A DNA stretch of 64,000 bases from positions 41,848-105,847 of the IMG/VR virus record IMGVR_UViG_3300020048_000021; one strand, 5' to 3'. The position numbers and the translations under genes are program-made. The notes below the pieces were generated by a model. That model was not told the DNA's origin, searched no databases, and worked only from the letters and a program-made list of their open reading frames with translations. Below, in pieces: positions 54,379 through 63,466 of this stretch; positions within the stretch are counted from its first letter, which is position 1, and every line of letters starts with the position of its first letter. This DNA comes from a virus. Its lineage: Duplodnaviria; Heunggongvirae; Uroviricota; Caudoviricetes.

Positions 54379-57369
54379 ATGACAATCGGAAGCGTAATAT
54401 ACTCATCATTCGCAAATGTTATTTTAAGCCCAGGTGCTAATTTACTTAGCGCCAATGTAGGCTGTGCATTAGTAAGTACCACTACGGGTGACACTGGAAA
54501 TAATTACACTTATAACAGTTCTCATCAATATGCTTCTAGTATACCAACAGGAAGTATATTATCAACCACGACATTAACTAGTAAAACAGTAGCTAACGGT
54601 GCGTTTACTAGTGGAAATATAGTGTTCACATCGGTGATTCAAAAAGGGGCACAAGCTGGTCAAGCACTTGTGTTTTATCTAGCAACTAATTCAACTTCCA
54701 CTACTCAATTAGTTTCTTATACAGACATTATTAATAGCAATAGTTTTTCAGTGTTGCCAAATGGCGGCAACATTACAGCAACAGTAGGCGCAAGTTTGCT
54801 AACTGTTTCTACCCCAGCTACCTATTCTGTAATTCCTAATATTACTAGCGTAAATGAAGGCAACAGTGTGATTTTCACTGTGTCAACCACTAACGTACCC
54901 GATGGGTCAACGTATTATTGGTCATTGACTTCAGGAAGTACAGCAAATTCAATATGGTTTTCTGACGGTCAAACTTCTGGATCATTTACCATTACTAGTA
55001 ATGTCGCTACAATTACAAGAACTATAAATTATGGATTAACATCCGATATCGCTCCAAATTTTGCATTGCAAGTCATGACCGGTTCTACATCTGGAACAGT
55101 TGTTCCTAATGGAACTAGTAGTGTTGTGACTATCGTAACTCCTCCGGCAGTAACATTTTTAAGTTCTGGTACTAATTTAGGGGTTAATGGTCATAAACTT
55201 TACGACCAATATAGTAACGAATTTATAATAAAAGCTGCATCTTGGGTCGGGACGGATTCGGTATTTAGACCAAACGGATTAGAAAGTAGAAATTATAAAA
55301 ATGTAATAATTCCAGGAACAGTTAGCGTAACTAATGGTAACGTAACAGTCACTGGTTCAGGCACTGCTTGGAATGAAACTGTGGGAGTGTTGCCTCAATT
55401 GACAGTAGGGCAATCTATTCTAATAGGAGGGACTGCTCCATCCAATGCATATACTATTGCAACGATAACAAGTAACACCGTACTAACTTTAACCACTTCA
55501 TACGCCGGAGTCACGGCGAGTTCACTAGTAATCACTAAAGAAGGATTATTAGAAGAATTTAAACGAGTAGGTTTCAATACACTTAGATATATGATATGTG
55601 AAGATATTACATGGAATAGATCCATTCTGGCAACTCCACATAATTGGGATCCTGCCAGCCCTAGTTATGAATTACAGCCAGACGTTAGATTACAGGATGG
55701 TGCATATGGAACTAAACCAAATGCTACTTTAAATTATATAGATTTTTTCAATAATCAAGATTTATTTGAATCAGGTCATACCGCAATTGATACATGTACC
55801 TATGTGATGCCTCAGTGTACCTTGCCGGTACTTCAAATAGTCGATAGAATAGTAGCTCATTGTTATACAATAGGTCTTCGTGTAATATTCGATCTACACT
55901 GTTTAGCTCCAAACACTGATAATAATGCAAGTACTGGTGGTCTTTGGTACACTTCTGCGTATCCATCTGCTACAGTTAGTCCATCTATATCAATTGGAAA
56001 TATCAGAAATGAACAGCAAGCATTAGATTGTTTAACATTACTAGCGTATAGATATGCTAGTAATCCAGCGGTGTGTGGATTTGATCTGATCAATGAGCCT
56101 TTTAACGGAACATGGGATGTTAATACTAATCTTGGATCTCAACCTGCATGGCGTCCAGCGTTCGGGAGTGCATTTGGTGGAGTTAATGCACCGGCTGGAA
56201 CATGGTACGTAGGACAAGCAACTAGTGAATCATTTACTAATAGTAGTCTTGTGAGTTTCTATGAAAGATGTTCAGCGGCGATTCATGCTGTAAATCCAGG
56301 AGTTATGTTGATATGTGAAGGTCCAGCTCGTTATCAAGAAGCTAGACAACAAAGCATTGTTCCCGGAACGGTGACAGTTATTAATGGTAGTAACGTCGTT
56401 ACTGGAACTGGCACTTATTTCAGTGGAAGCACCGGAAACGTCGTTGCTCTAGCACTTACTCCAGGAACTACTGTTTCTATTTGGAATTCAGATAAAACTA
56501 CTGTAGCGAACGCTGCCACGTACACTATTGCGTCAGTTAACAATAATACTCAAGCTATATTGTCTTCAACTTACTCAGGTGCAAATGCAACTGGCATGTA
56601 TTTGTACAGACAAGATGGAGCTTGGTTTAGTACAGGTTCAACTGATTTTACTCCAGTTGGATCAGGAACAACGGGCCCAGCAGGCTATCAGTATTCAACT
56701 GATTCTACTACTGGTCAATGGAATTGGGGAGTTACTTACGCTGCGGCACTAAACAGTGTGGCAATCGTCAATAATATTCCAGCCGATACTCAGACTCAAC
56801 ACAAATACGTCGTTGCTACCGCCACCACTCTTCAGAATAAAGTTATCTATTCTCCTCATGAATACCCTTATACGGTTCAATCATTTAATCGACAGTGGTT
56901 TACATATTTGGCATCCCCGCCATATAGCTCAATTACGTTGCCTACTAATTATACAGCTCAAGGTGGATTACAATGGCCATTAAATATGCCAGAAGTATGG
57001 CGTAGACAATGGGGGTATCTAGCAGAACAAAAATTATATCCAGTGTTTATAGGAGAACTTTCATCGCAGTTTGCTTATTATAATGCCACCGCCGCCGGAG
57101 TTACTCCGGGTAGTCTTGGAACACAATTGAATTATGCTGAAGACATTGGGTGGATAAATCAAATGGGTGCATATTGTGCAACCAATTCGATTAGTTATGC
57201 TTGGTTTGCATTTAACGCAACTAACGGAGTAGAACCAGGAGATGGAAATACAGGTGGCGTATTTAGATTTAACGGAAATACTATTCCAGGTGGTGGAATA
57301 ACCGTGGCTGCTCAGCAATATAAACTATCTATATTACAAACAGCGGGCCTCTTAACCCCACTGACTTAA
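54379..57369 (+). CDS. structural domain plus Calx-beta/Ig-like domain plus second GH5 glycoside hydrolase with insertions
   Basis: SWVG, GFNTLRY, IFDLH, DLINEP (E573), CEG, YSPHEYP, IGELS (E893). Confidence 0.82.
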   Translation: MTIGSVIYSSFANVILSPGANLLSANVGCALVSTTTGDTGNNYTYNSSHQYASSIPTGSILSTTTLTSKTVANGAFTSGNIVFTSVIQKGAQAGQALVFYLATNSTSTTQLVSYTDIINSNSFSVLPNGGNITATVGASLLTVSTPATYSVIPNITSVNEGNSVIFTVSTTNVPDGSTYYWSLTSGSTANSIWFSDGQTSGSFTITSNVATITRTINYGLTSDIAPNFALQVMTGSTSGTVVPNGTSSVVTIVTPPAVTFLSSGTNLGVNGHKLYDQYSNEFIIKAASWVGTDSVFRPNGLESRNYKNVIIPGTVSVTNGNVTVTGSGTAWNETVGVLPQLTVGQSILIGGTAPSNAYTIATITSNTVLTLTTSYAGVTASSLVITKEGLLEEFKRVGFNTLRYMICEDITWNRSILATPHNWDPASPSYELQPDVRLQDGAYGTKPNATLNYIDFFNNQDLFESGHTAIDTCTYVMPQCTLPVLQIVDRIVAHCYTIGLRVIFDLHCLAPNTDNNASTGGLWYTSAYPSATVSPSISIGNIRNEQQALDCLTLLAYRYASNPAVCGFDLINEPFNGTWDVNTNLGSQPAWRPAFGSAFGGVNAPAGTWYVGQATSESFTNSSLVSFYERCSAAIHAVNPGVMLICEGPARYQEARQQSIVPGTVTVINGSNVVTGTGTYFSGSTGNVVALALTPGTTVSIWNSDKTTVANAATYTIASVNNNTQAILSSTYSGANATGMYLYRQDGAWFSTGSTDFTPVGSGTTGPAGYQYSTDSTTGQWNWGVTYAAALNSVAIVNNIPADTQTQHKYVVATATTLQNKVIYSPHEYPYTVQSFNRQWFTYLASPPYSSITLPTNYTAQGGLQWPLNMPEVWRRQWGYLAEQKLYPVFIGELSSQFAYYNATAAGVTPGSLGTQLNYAEDIGWINQMGAYCATNSISYAWFAFNATNGVEPGDGNTGGVFRFNGNTIPGGGITVAAQQYKLSILQTAGLLTPLT

Positions 57370-57371
57370 GC

Positions 57372-57379
57372 GATAAATA
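57372..57379 (+). promoter_or_regulatory. late promoter GATAAATA
   Basis: Upstream of 57404. Confidence 0.65.
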
Positions 57380-57403
57380 CATTATATAATCAGGAATAAA
57401 ATT

Positions 57404-57826
57404 ATGGCAAATGCAATATATCCATCGTTTGATACAAGTTTATTACTAGGTACTAATCTAGTGACTAGTAACGTATCATGTATGCTGGTGAGTACTACCA
57501 GTGGCTCAGGTAGCAATAATTATAGTTATAGCTCAACTAATACTGTTATCGCTAACGTAGCGACTGGTAGCGTTGTGGCAGCGTCTGTAGCACTGACTAG
57601 TAAGTCTGCTGCTAATGGCAATTTCTATTGTGGAAATGTCGTATTTGCTAACGTAACTACGCCCGCATCAGGTGGAAATGGACAAGCTCTTGTATTCTAT
57701 ATTAATACTGGCAATACTGCTACTGGCAATTTAATTTGCTACATTGATTCATTTAGTCCAGTGATACCAAACGGCGGTAACGTCACAGTTGGTTTCAACA
57801 CTGGCATTTTACTAAATATCAGCTAA
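57404..57826 (+). CDS. phage structural protein (stand-alone NAIYP...PNGGNV domain)
   Basis: 140 aa; paralog of 53647 and 54379 N-terminus. Confidence 0.72.
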   Translation: MANAIYPSFDTSLLLGTNLVTSNVSCMLVSTTSGSGSNNYSYSSTNTVIANVATGSVVAASVALTSKSAANGNFYCGNVVFANVTTPASGGNGQALVFYINTGNTATGNLICYIDSFSPVIPNGGNVTVGFNTGILLNIS

Positions 57827-57833
57827 ATACATT

Positions 57834-58079
57834 ATGTCATCACCTCCAACCCCTGTCGGCTATAGTAATTGGAACGCTTATATTGAAGAGCAAGGAGCAA
57901 TCGTTGCTGCGGCTCAAGGTCTTACTTTTCAACAAGGTAAAGCTAGTGTGAAGTTACTCAGTGTTGCTACTCCCGGAAGAACAAATCCAGCTAGTCCTGA
58001 TTATATGATATACAACGTATTCGACACTTGGGCAAACATTACAGTTTCTCCTACCGTAGGCAGACCATGGCGATTATAA
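57834..58079 (+). CDS. hypothetical protein
   Basis: 81 aa; CTAAATA at 57823-57829. Confidence 0.7.
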   Translation: MSSPPTPVGYSNWNAYIEEQGAIVAAAQGLTFQQGKASVKLLSVATPGRTNPASPDYMIYNVFDTWANITVSPTVGRPWRL

Positions 58080-58116
58080 TTCAAATTTGTTCCATAATAA
58101 CAGCGAGTGAATGATT

Positions 58117-58139
58117 ACGAGATTAACTTCATATCTCGT
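58117..58139 (+). terminator. possible terminator hairpin
   Basis: ACGAGAT-N9-ATCTCGT followed by TAATTTTT. Confidence 0.45.
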
Positions 58140-58156
58140 TAATTTTTAACATAATT

Positions 58157-58164
58157 GATAAATA
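58157..58164 (+). promoter_or_regulatory. late promoter GATAAATA
   Basis: Followed by a GAAA hairpin and AAGGAG SD. Confidence 0.72.
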
Positions 58165-58208
58165 CATTTAGAGATAGAAATATCTCATAACTCAAGGAGC
58201 TTTACAAA

Positions 58209-58625
58209 ATGGCACAATTTCCAAAAATCAACGGTGATTTTAAACCGGTTATGAACGTAGACAGCGGCGCATACGTTAATTCGTATCCTACCGCAAATGC
58301 AGTAGTTTCTGGCGCAATGGTTCAACCAGCTGGCCCGTTCTTAGCATTTTACACAGTTACAGCAAGTGGTTCTAGTGCATTGACTGGTACTCAAGTTGGC
58401 TATGCTATTCAGGCAACTGAACAGTTGGCAACAGTAATGGTATATCAATTCACAACTGCTGGCCCAGATACATTAGCATTGGCTGTTTATCCAATCAATG
58501 CATGGACCACAACTACATTGCAAGCTAACATCATTGCTACTTTAACAGCAGCAGGCGTTGCTAATTCGGTAGTAGTTACTGGAACAGCTACGTTCACTGG
58601 TGATCAATACCCACCATTGTCGTAA
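58209..58625 (+). CDS. abundant virion (decoration-like) protein A
   Basis: MAQFPKINGD...; strong SD, own promoter and terminator. Confidence 0.7.
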   Translation: MAQFPKINGDFKPVMNVDSGAYVNSYPTANAVVSGAMVQPAGPFLAFYTVTASGSSALTGTQVGYAIQATEQLATVMVYQFTTAGPDTLALAVYPINAWTTTTLQANIIATLTAAGVANSVVVTGTATFTGDQYPPLS

Positions 58626-58649
58626 TTTATATTGTAGTAAATTAGTATT

Positions 58650-58678
58650 AAAATATGAGCGCAAGACGCTCATATTTT
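58650..58678 (+). terminator. Rho-independent terminator
   Basis: AAAATATGAGCG-caaga-CGCTCATATTTT. Confidence 0.8.
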
Positions 58679-58687
58679 ATGGTTATT

Positions 58688-58695
58688 GATAAATA
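58688..58695 (+). promoter_or_regulatory. late promoter GATAAATA
   Basis: Followed by a hairpin and AGGAG SD. Confidence 0.72.
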
Positions 58696-58737
58696 AGAAT
58701 AGAGGTAACATACCTCAATTAAAATAGGAGATTTAAA

Positions 58738-59415
58738 ATGGCACAATTCCCGAGAGTCAATGGTGACTATCTACCAGTATTAAACAACAGCAGCGGTTCG
58801 TATGTTAATAGTGGCGTAAACGCAGTTCAAAGTAACGTAGCAGTTCAACCAGCAGGTCCGTTCTTGGCATTCTATACAGTTACAGCGGCTGGTCCGTTGA
58901 CTGGTACGCAAGTTGGTGTTGCTCTTCAAGCAACTGCTCAATTAGCAACAATTCATATATATGAATATTACAACGCAGTTAATGACTCGTTGGCAATGGC
59001 AATTTATCCAATCAATGCATGGAATGTTACTGATTTACAAGCTAACATTCGTGCTGCATTGACAGCCGCTAGTGTTGCTAACGCAGTTACAGTTACTGCA
59101 CAAGCAGTATTTACTGGTGATACATATCCTCCAGTTGCACCATTAGTACCTAATGCACCAACAATTGGCACTGCAACTGCCGTAACAGCAACAACTGCTA
59201 CTGTAGCCTTCACTGCTGAATTTGATGGTGGTTCGCCAATCACTTCGTTTACTGCTTTCAGTAACGTTGGTGGAATTAGCACTACTGGTACTGTATCACC
59301 GATTACTGTCGTTGGTCTTACAACTGGTACTGCTTACACATTCACAGTTAAAGCAACAAACATCACTGGTAACAGTGTTGCAAGTAGCGCAAGTAACGCA
59401 ATTACTACACCGTAA
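58738..59415 (+). CDS. paralog of 58209..58625 with a C-terminal fibronectin type III domain
   Basis: MAQFPRVNGD...; FN3 PNAPTIGTAT..TVAF..DGGSPIT...GL.TGTAYTFTVKATN.GNS..S. Confidence 0.85.
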   Translation: MAQFPRVNGDYLPVLNNSSGSYVNSGVNAVQSNVAVQPAGPFLAFYTVTAAGPLTGTQVGVALQATAQLATIHIYEYYNAVNDSLAMAIYPINAWNVTDLQANIRAALTAASVANAVTVTAQAVFTGDTYPPVAPLVPNAPTIGTATAVTATTATVAFTAEFDGGSPITSFTAFSNVGGISTTGTVSPITVVGLTTGTAYTFTVKATNITGNSVASSASNAITTP

Positions 59416-59439
59416 CAAGTCAAGTAATTTAGTAATATC

Positions 59440-59463
59440 AACGGGAACAATGTTCCCGTTTTT
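59440..59463 (+). terminator. Rho-independent terminator
   Basis: AACGGGAAC-aat-GTTCCCGTT plus T-tract. Confidence 0.82.
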
Positions 59464-59499
59464 ATTTCATTTTGAATTCAATAATGATAAGTATCTTGT

Positions 59500-59937
59500 A
59501 TGAACGTTTTTCAAAGCACCTATGAACATCGACTGAGAGATTGGAAGCAATTACGAAGTAGAATTAAAACACTATCATTGGATCAACAGTGTATAGAAAT
59601 TGATAAATGGTGGCAAGCAGCTCCATTTGTTAAACATCATTTGTCATGGACTGATTCTAGTAATTGGTCGGATCCATGGACGATATTGTCCGAAAATACG
59701 TACTGTTCATTGACTAAAGCAGTGGGAATGTGTTATACTCTACTTCTCAATGACATTGATTCAATCGAATTAGTATTAGCAAAAGATAAATCGTGCGAAG
59801 AACATTACTTAGTGTTAGTGGATAAACCAAAATATACACTTAATTACTGGCCTGACACCGTGATAAGTAATGTACTATCCAGTTTCGAAATCATCAGTTC
59901 CAAGTCATTGGAATCTATTAAAAATAAAATAAAGTGA
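59500..59937 (+). CDS. hypothetical protein
   Basis: 145 aa; GATAAGTA late-promoter variant at 59486-59493. Confidence 0.72.
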   Translation: MNVFQSTYEHRLRDWKQLRSRIKTLSLDQQCIEIDKWWQAAPFVKHHLSWTDSSNWSDPWTILSENTYCSLTKAVGMCYTLLLNDIDSIELVLAKDKSCEEHYLVLVDKPKYTLNYWPDTVISNVLSSFEIISSKSLESIKNKIK

Positions 59938-59940
59938 GCT

Positions 59941-62286
59941 ATGAACCCAATTAATGTTATTAAACGCAGTGGAGTAAAAGTCCCTCTAGATATCTCAAAA
60001 ATTCAACGACAAGTAAAATACTGCTGTACAGGAATCGATAATGTGAGTCCTAGTATGATAGAATTAAAAGCACAGATCCAATTTGCAGATGGAATGTCAA
60101 CTGAAACTATCGATCAATTGCTACTTAAAGCTATGGTTGATTTGATCGATGAAGAAGAAAATCCCGAAATCAACAATGTAAATTATCAATACGTAGCTGG
60201 TAGACAGCGAGTATCGATGCTTAGAAAAGAAGTTTACAATCAATATAATCCTCCAAAATTACACGACATTGTAAAGAAAAATGTCGAATCAGGAATGTAT
60301 ACTGATGAATTACTAGAATGGTATACAGAAGATGAATGGAATATCATAGAATTATTAATTGATCATAACAAAGACGAAGATTATGGATTTGCTGCCATTG
60401 CTCAGTTATGTGAAAAGTACTTAGTACAGAATCGCAGTACTGGACACATTTATGAAACTCCGCAGATTAGATATGCTATTGCTGCTGCTACTGCGTTTCA
60501 AAATGAAAACCCACTAAAGAGATTAAAATATGTTAAAGACTATTATGAATGTGCTAGTGACGGTCATTTTACTCTTGCTACTCCTGTACTGGCTGGTTTG
60601 GGGACAACTACTAAACAGTTTAGTTCATGTGTATTAATCAGTGCTGATGATACCTTAGATTCTATCTTTGCTTCAGGCGAAATGATGGCAAAATATGCCT
60701 CTAAACGTGCCGGTATTGGTTTGGAAATTGGCCGTCTTAGACCAGTGGGCTCTCCAATTCGTAATGGAGAAATCAAACACACGGGATTGATTCCATTCTT
60801 AAAAAAATGGTTTGGCGATCTACGTAGTTGTAGTCAAGGTGGCATTCGTAATGCATCATGTACAGTCACTCTGCCAATATGGCACTTTCAATTTGAAGAT
60901 GTGATTGTTCTAAAGAACAATCAAGGCACAGATGAAACTCGTGTTCGTCAAATGGATTACAGCATAGTTATTTCTAAAATGTTTTGGCGTCGTTATAAAA
61001 ACGATGAAACAATCACGCTATTTGATCCACATGAAGTTCCAGACTTATATGAAGCTTACTATCGTGATTCTAAATTGTTTGAGCAATTATACACTACGTA
61101 TGAAAAGCGCACTGACATTAAAAAGAAAGTAATGTCTGCTGATGATATGTTCAAGAAGTACATTCTTAAAGAACGTACCGACACTGGTCGTATTTACATT
61201 GTAAATATTGACAACGTGATTAATCAGGGTCCATTTGACTGTTTAGTTGATCCTATCTATCAAAGTAATTTATGTCAAGAGATTTTATTACCAACTAGAC
61301 CATTTCAACGTTTAGAAGATGACAAGGGCAGAATCGCTTTATGTACTCTCGGAAGTATTAATTGGGGAGCGTTTCGTAATCCACAAGAAATGCGTAAGGC
61401 ATGTAGAGTATTGGTTCGTAGTCTGAGTAATCTATTGAGCTATCAAGACTTTTTGTCAGTGCAAAGTTTCTTGGCTAATAAAGAATTTGAGCCACTAGGT
61501 GTGGGTATTACTAATCTAGCATATTGGCATGCCAAGCGAAATCTTAAATATGGAACTCCAGAGGCATTAGCTGAAGTTAAACGTTGGATGGAGCATCAAG
61601 CATATTATCTAACAGAGGCTAGCATAGAACTAGCCGAAGAACGTGGATCATGTGAATTGAGTAGTAGAACATGGTACGGAAAAGGTGTGTTCCCATGGGA
61701 GCGTAGAGCAGAAGGCAGCAATGAACTTACTGATTTCACTCCATCTTTAGATTGGGAGCCACTACGAGAAAGATTATTAGTATCTGGTATTCGTAATGCT
61801 ACATTAATGGCTATTGCTCCGGTAGAGTCATCTTCAGTAGTATTAAACAGTACCAATGGAATTGAGTTTCCAATGGAATTGATATCGGTCAAAGAATCGA
61901 AAGCAGGTTCATTCGTTCAAGTTGTACCTGAGTACAAACGATTGAAGAATCGCTATCAACTAATGTGGGATCAGAAAGATTGTATCGACTATCTAAAGAC
62001 TGCTGCTGTATTAGCCGTATATATAGATCAAAGTATTAGTACTAATACGTTTTATAACCCTGCTAACTATGCTGATGTTGATCCAGAAAAAGATCGTAAA
62101 GTTCCAGGCACATTGATCGTGAACAATTTAATGATGGGCACACACTGGGGATTAAAGAGTTTCTATTATAGCTTAGTCAATAAAGTAGGTAGCAAAGATG
62201 TAGCAGAAGAAGCACCTGCTAGTAACGTAATCGCATTCTCTTCAATAATCGAAGAAGATGAGTCCTGCGAAGCATGTAAATTATAA
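59941..62286 (+). CDS. nrdA: class Ia ribonucleotide reductase alpha subunit with ATP cone
   Basis: VIKRSG, ATP, FSSC, SNLCQEI, LCTL, APVESSS, DQSIS, YY, C-terminal CEACKL. Confidence 0.97.
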   Translation: MNPINVIKRSGVKVPLDISKIQRQVKYCCTGIDNVSPSMIELKAQIQFADGMSTETIDQLLLKAMVDLIDEEENPEINNVNYQYVAGRQRVSMLRKEVYNQYNPPKLHDIVKKNVESGMYTDELLEWYTEDEWNIIELLIDHNKDEDYGFAAIAQLCEKYLVQNRSTGHIYETPQIRYAIAAATAFQNENPLKRLKYVKDYYECASDGHFTLATPVLAGLGTTTKQFSSCVLISADDTLDSIFASGEMMAKYASKRAGIGLEIGRLRPVGSPIRNGEIKHTGLIPFLKKWFGDLRSCSQGGIRNASCTVTLPIWHFQFEDVIVLKNNQGTDETRVRQMDYSIVISKMFWRRYKNDETITLFDPHEVPDLYEAYYRDSKLFEQLYTTYEKRTDIKKKVMSADDMFKKYILKERTDTGRIYIVNIDNVINQGPFDCLVDPIYQSNLCQEILLPTRPFQRLEDDKGRIALCTLGSINWGAFRNPQEMRKACRVLVRSLSNLLSYQDFLSVQSFLANKEFEPLGVGITNLAYWHAKRNLKYGTPEALAEVKRWMEHQAYYLTEASIELAEERGSCELSSRTWYGKGVFPWERRAEGSNELTDFTPSLDWEPLRERLLVSGIRNATLMAIAPVESSSVVLNSTNGIEFPMELISVKESKAGSFVQVVPEYKRLKNRYQLMWDQKDCIDYLKTAAVLAVYIDQSISTNTFYNPANYADVDPEKDRKVPGTLIVNNLMMGTHWGLKSFYYSLVNKVGSKDVAEEAPASNVIAFSSIIEEDESCEACKL

Positions 62287-62294
62287 GGATAACA

Positions 62295-63398
62295 ATGAGT
62301 AAATATCAATACGATTTATCAAAGCAAACCAACTATCTAAGCAGAACAATGTTTCTGGACCCAGCTGGTCCAGTTACGGTTCAACGATATGAAGAAGTTA
62401 AGTATCAGAAATTACAAAAGTATGAAAAGTTAGCTCGTGGATTCTTTTGGGTTCCAGAAGAAATTAGCTTGACCAAAGACAAGATGGATCACAAAGATGC
62501 AAGTGATGCGATTAAGCATATCTTCACTTCGAATCTATTACGACAAACTGCACTTGACAGTATTCAAGGTCGAGCGCCAGCGCAAATATTTGGACCAGTT
62601 ATCTCTATTCCAGAGTTAGAATCATTGGTCAGTAACTGGAGTTTCTTCGAGACGAATATTCATAGTGCGAGTTATAGTCATATTATTCGTAATGTCTACG
62701 GTGTACCTAAAGATGAATTCAATAAGATTCACGATACAAAAGAAATCGTCGAGATGGCTGCTAGTGTCGGAAAATACTATGACAACTTGCATAGTATAAA
62801 CAGTCTTAAGCAAATTAGTCCCGAGTTAGTTACAGAGAAAGAACACATCAAAGCTATATGGTTAGCATTACATGCATCATATGCTCTAGAAGCATTTAGA
62901 TTCATGGTGTCGTTTGCTACTGCTCTTGCTATGGTAGAGAACAAGATTTACATTGGCAACGGTAACATCATTTCTCTTATTCTACAAGACGAGATTCTTC
63001 ATCGTGATTGGACCGCTTGGATTATTAATCAAGTTGTCAAAGAAGATCCACGATTCGCTGCTATCGTAGAAGAATGTCGAGACGAAGTGTATGCGATGTA
63101 TGAAGAAGTTATCGCTGAAGAAAAACGTTGGGCGCATTACTTGTTTATTAAGGGCGTAGTAATTGGTTTGAACGCCGATATTCTATGTGACTTTATGGAC
63201 TGGACTGCATTTCAAGCATTGAAAGAAATTGGAATTAAATATGTAGGGCAATATCCTAAGTCAAATCCGATTCCTTGGTTCAATAAGCATATCAACATTA
63301 ATAAAAAGCAAGTCGCTCTTCAAGAAACTGAAAGCACTAATTATGTGATTGGATTAATGAGTGATAACGTCGATAAGAATTTATTGCCTAGCATCTAA
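62295..63398 (+). CDS. nrdB: class Ia ribonucleotide reductase beta subunit
   Basis: FWVPEEI, LDSIQG, ETNIHSASY (radical Tyr), LEAFRF, DEILH, LQETE..NY. Confidence 0.97.
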   Translation: MSKYQYDLSKQTNYLSRTMFLDPAGPVTVQRYEEVKYQKLQKYEKLARGFFWVPEEISLTKDKMDHKDASDAIKHIFTSNLLRQTALDSIQGRAPAQIFGPVISIPELESLVSNWSFFETNIHSASYSHIIRNVYGVPKDEFNKIHDTKEIVEMAASVGKYYDNLHSINSLKQISPELVTEKEHIKAIWLALHASYALEAFRFMVSFATALAMVENKIYIGNGNIISLILQDEILHRDWTAWIINQVVKEDPRFAAIVEECRDEVYAMYEEVIAEEKRWAHYLFIKGVVIGLNADILCDFMDWTAFQALKEIGIKYVGQYPKSNPIPWFNKHININKKQVALQETESTNYVIGLMSDNVDKNLLPSI

Positions 63399-63415
63399 TC
63401 AGTTATCCAAAATAC

Positions 63416-63444
63416 TTGACTTACTATAGTAGGACAAGTATACT
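63416..63444 (+). promoter_or_regulatory. sigma70-type promoter
   Basis: TTGACT-N17-TATACT. Confidence 0.72.
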
Positions 63445-63466
63445 TAATGACATTAAGGAAAATATT

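Noticed and set aside
8558-62286. Inteins or introns in terL, dnaB, uvsW or nrdA
   Set aside because: Protein lengths are ordinary, motifs are collinear and no splice-junction or homing-endonuclease motifs were seen.
42769-63411. TTATCCAAA at 42769 and 63403 as DnaA boxes or an origin
   Set aside because: Only two copies 20 kb apart; better explained as part of the TCC-N7-TTGA promoter element.
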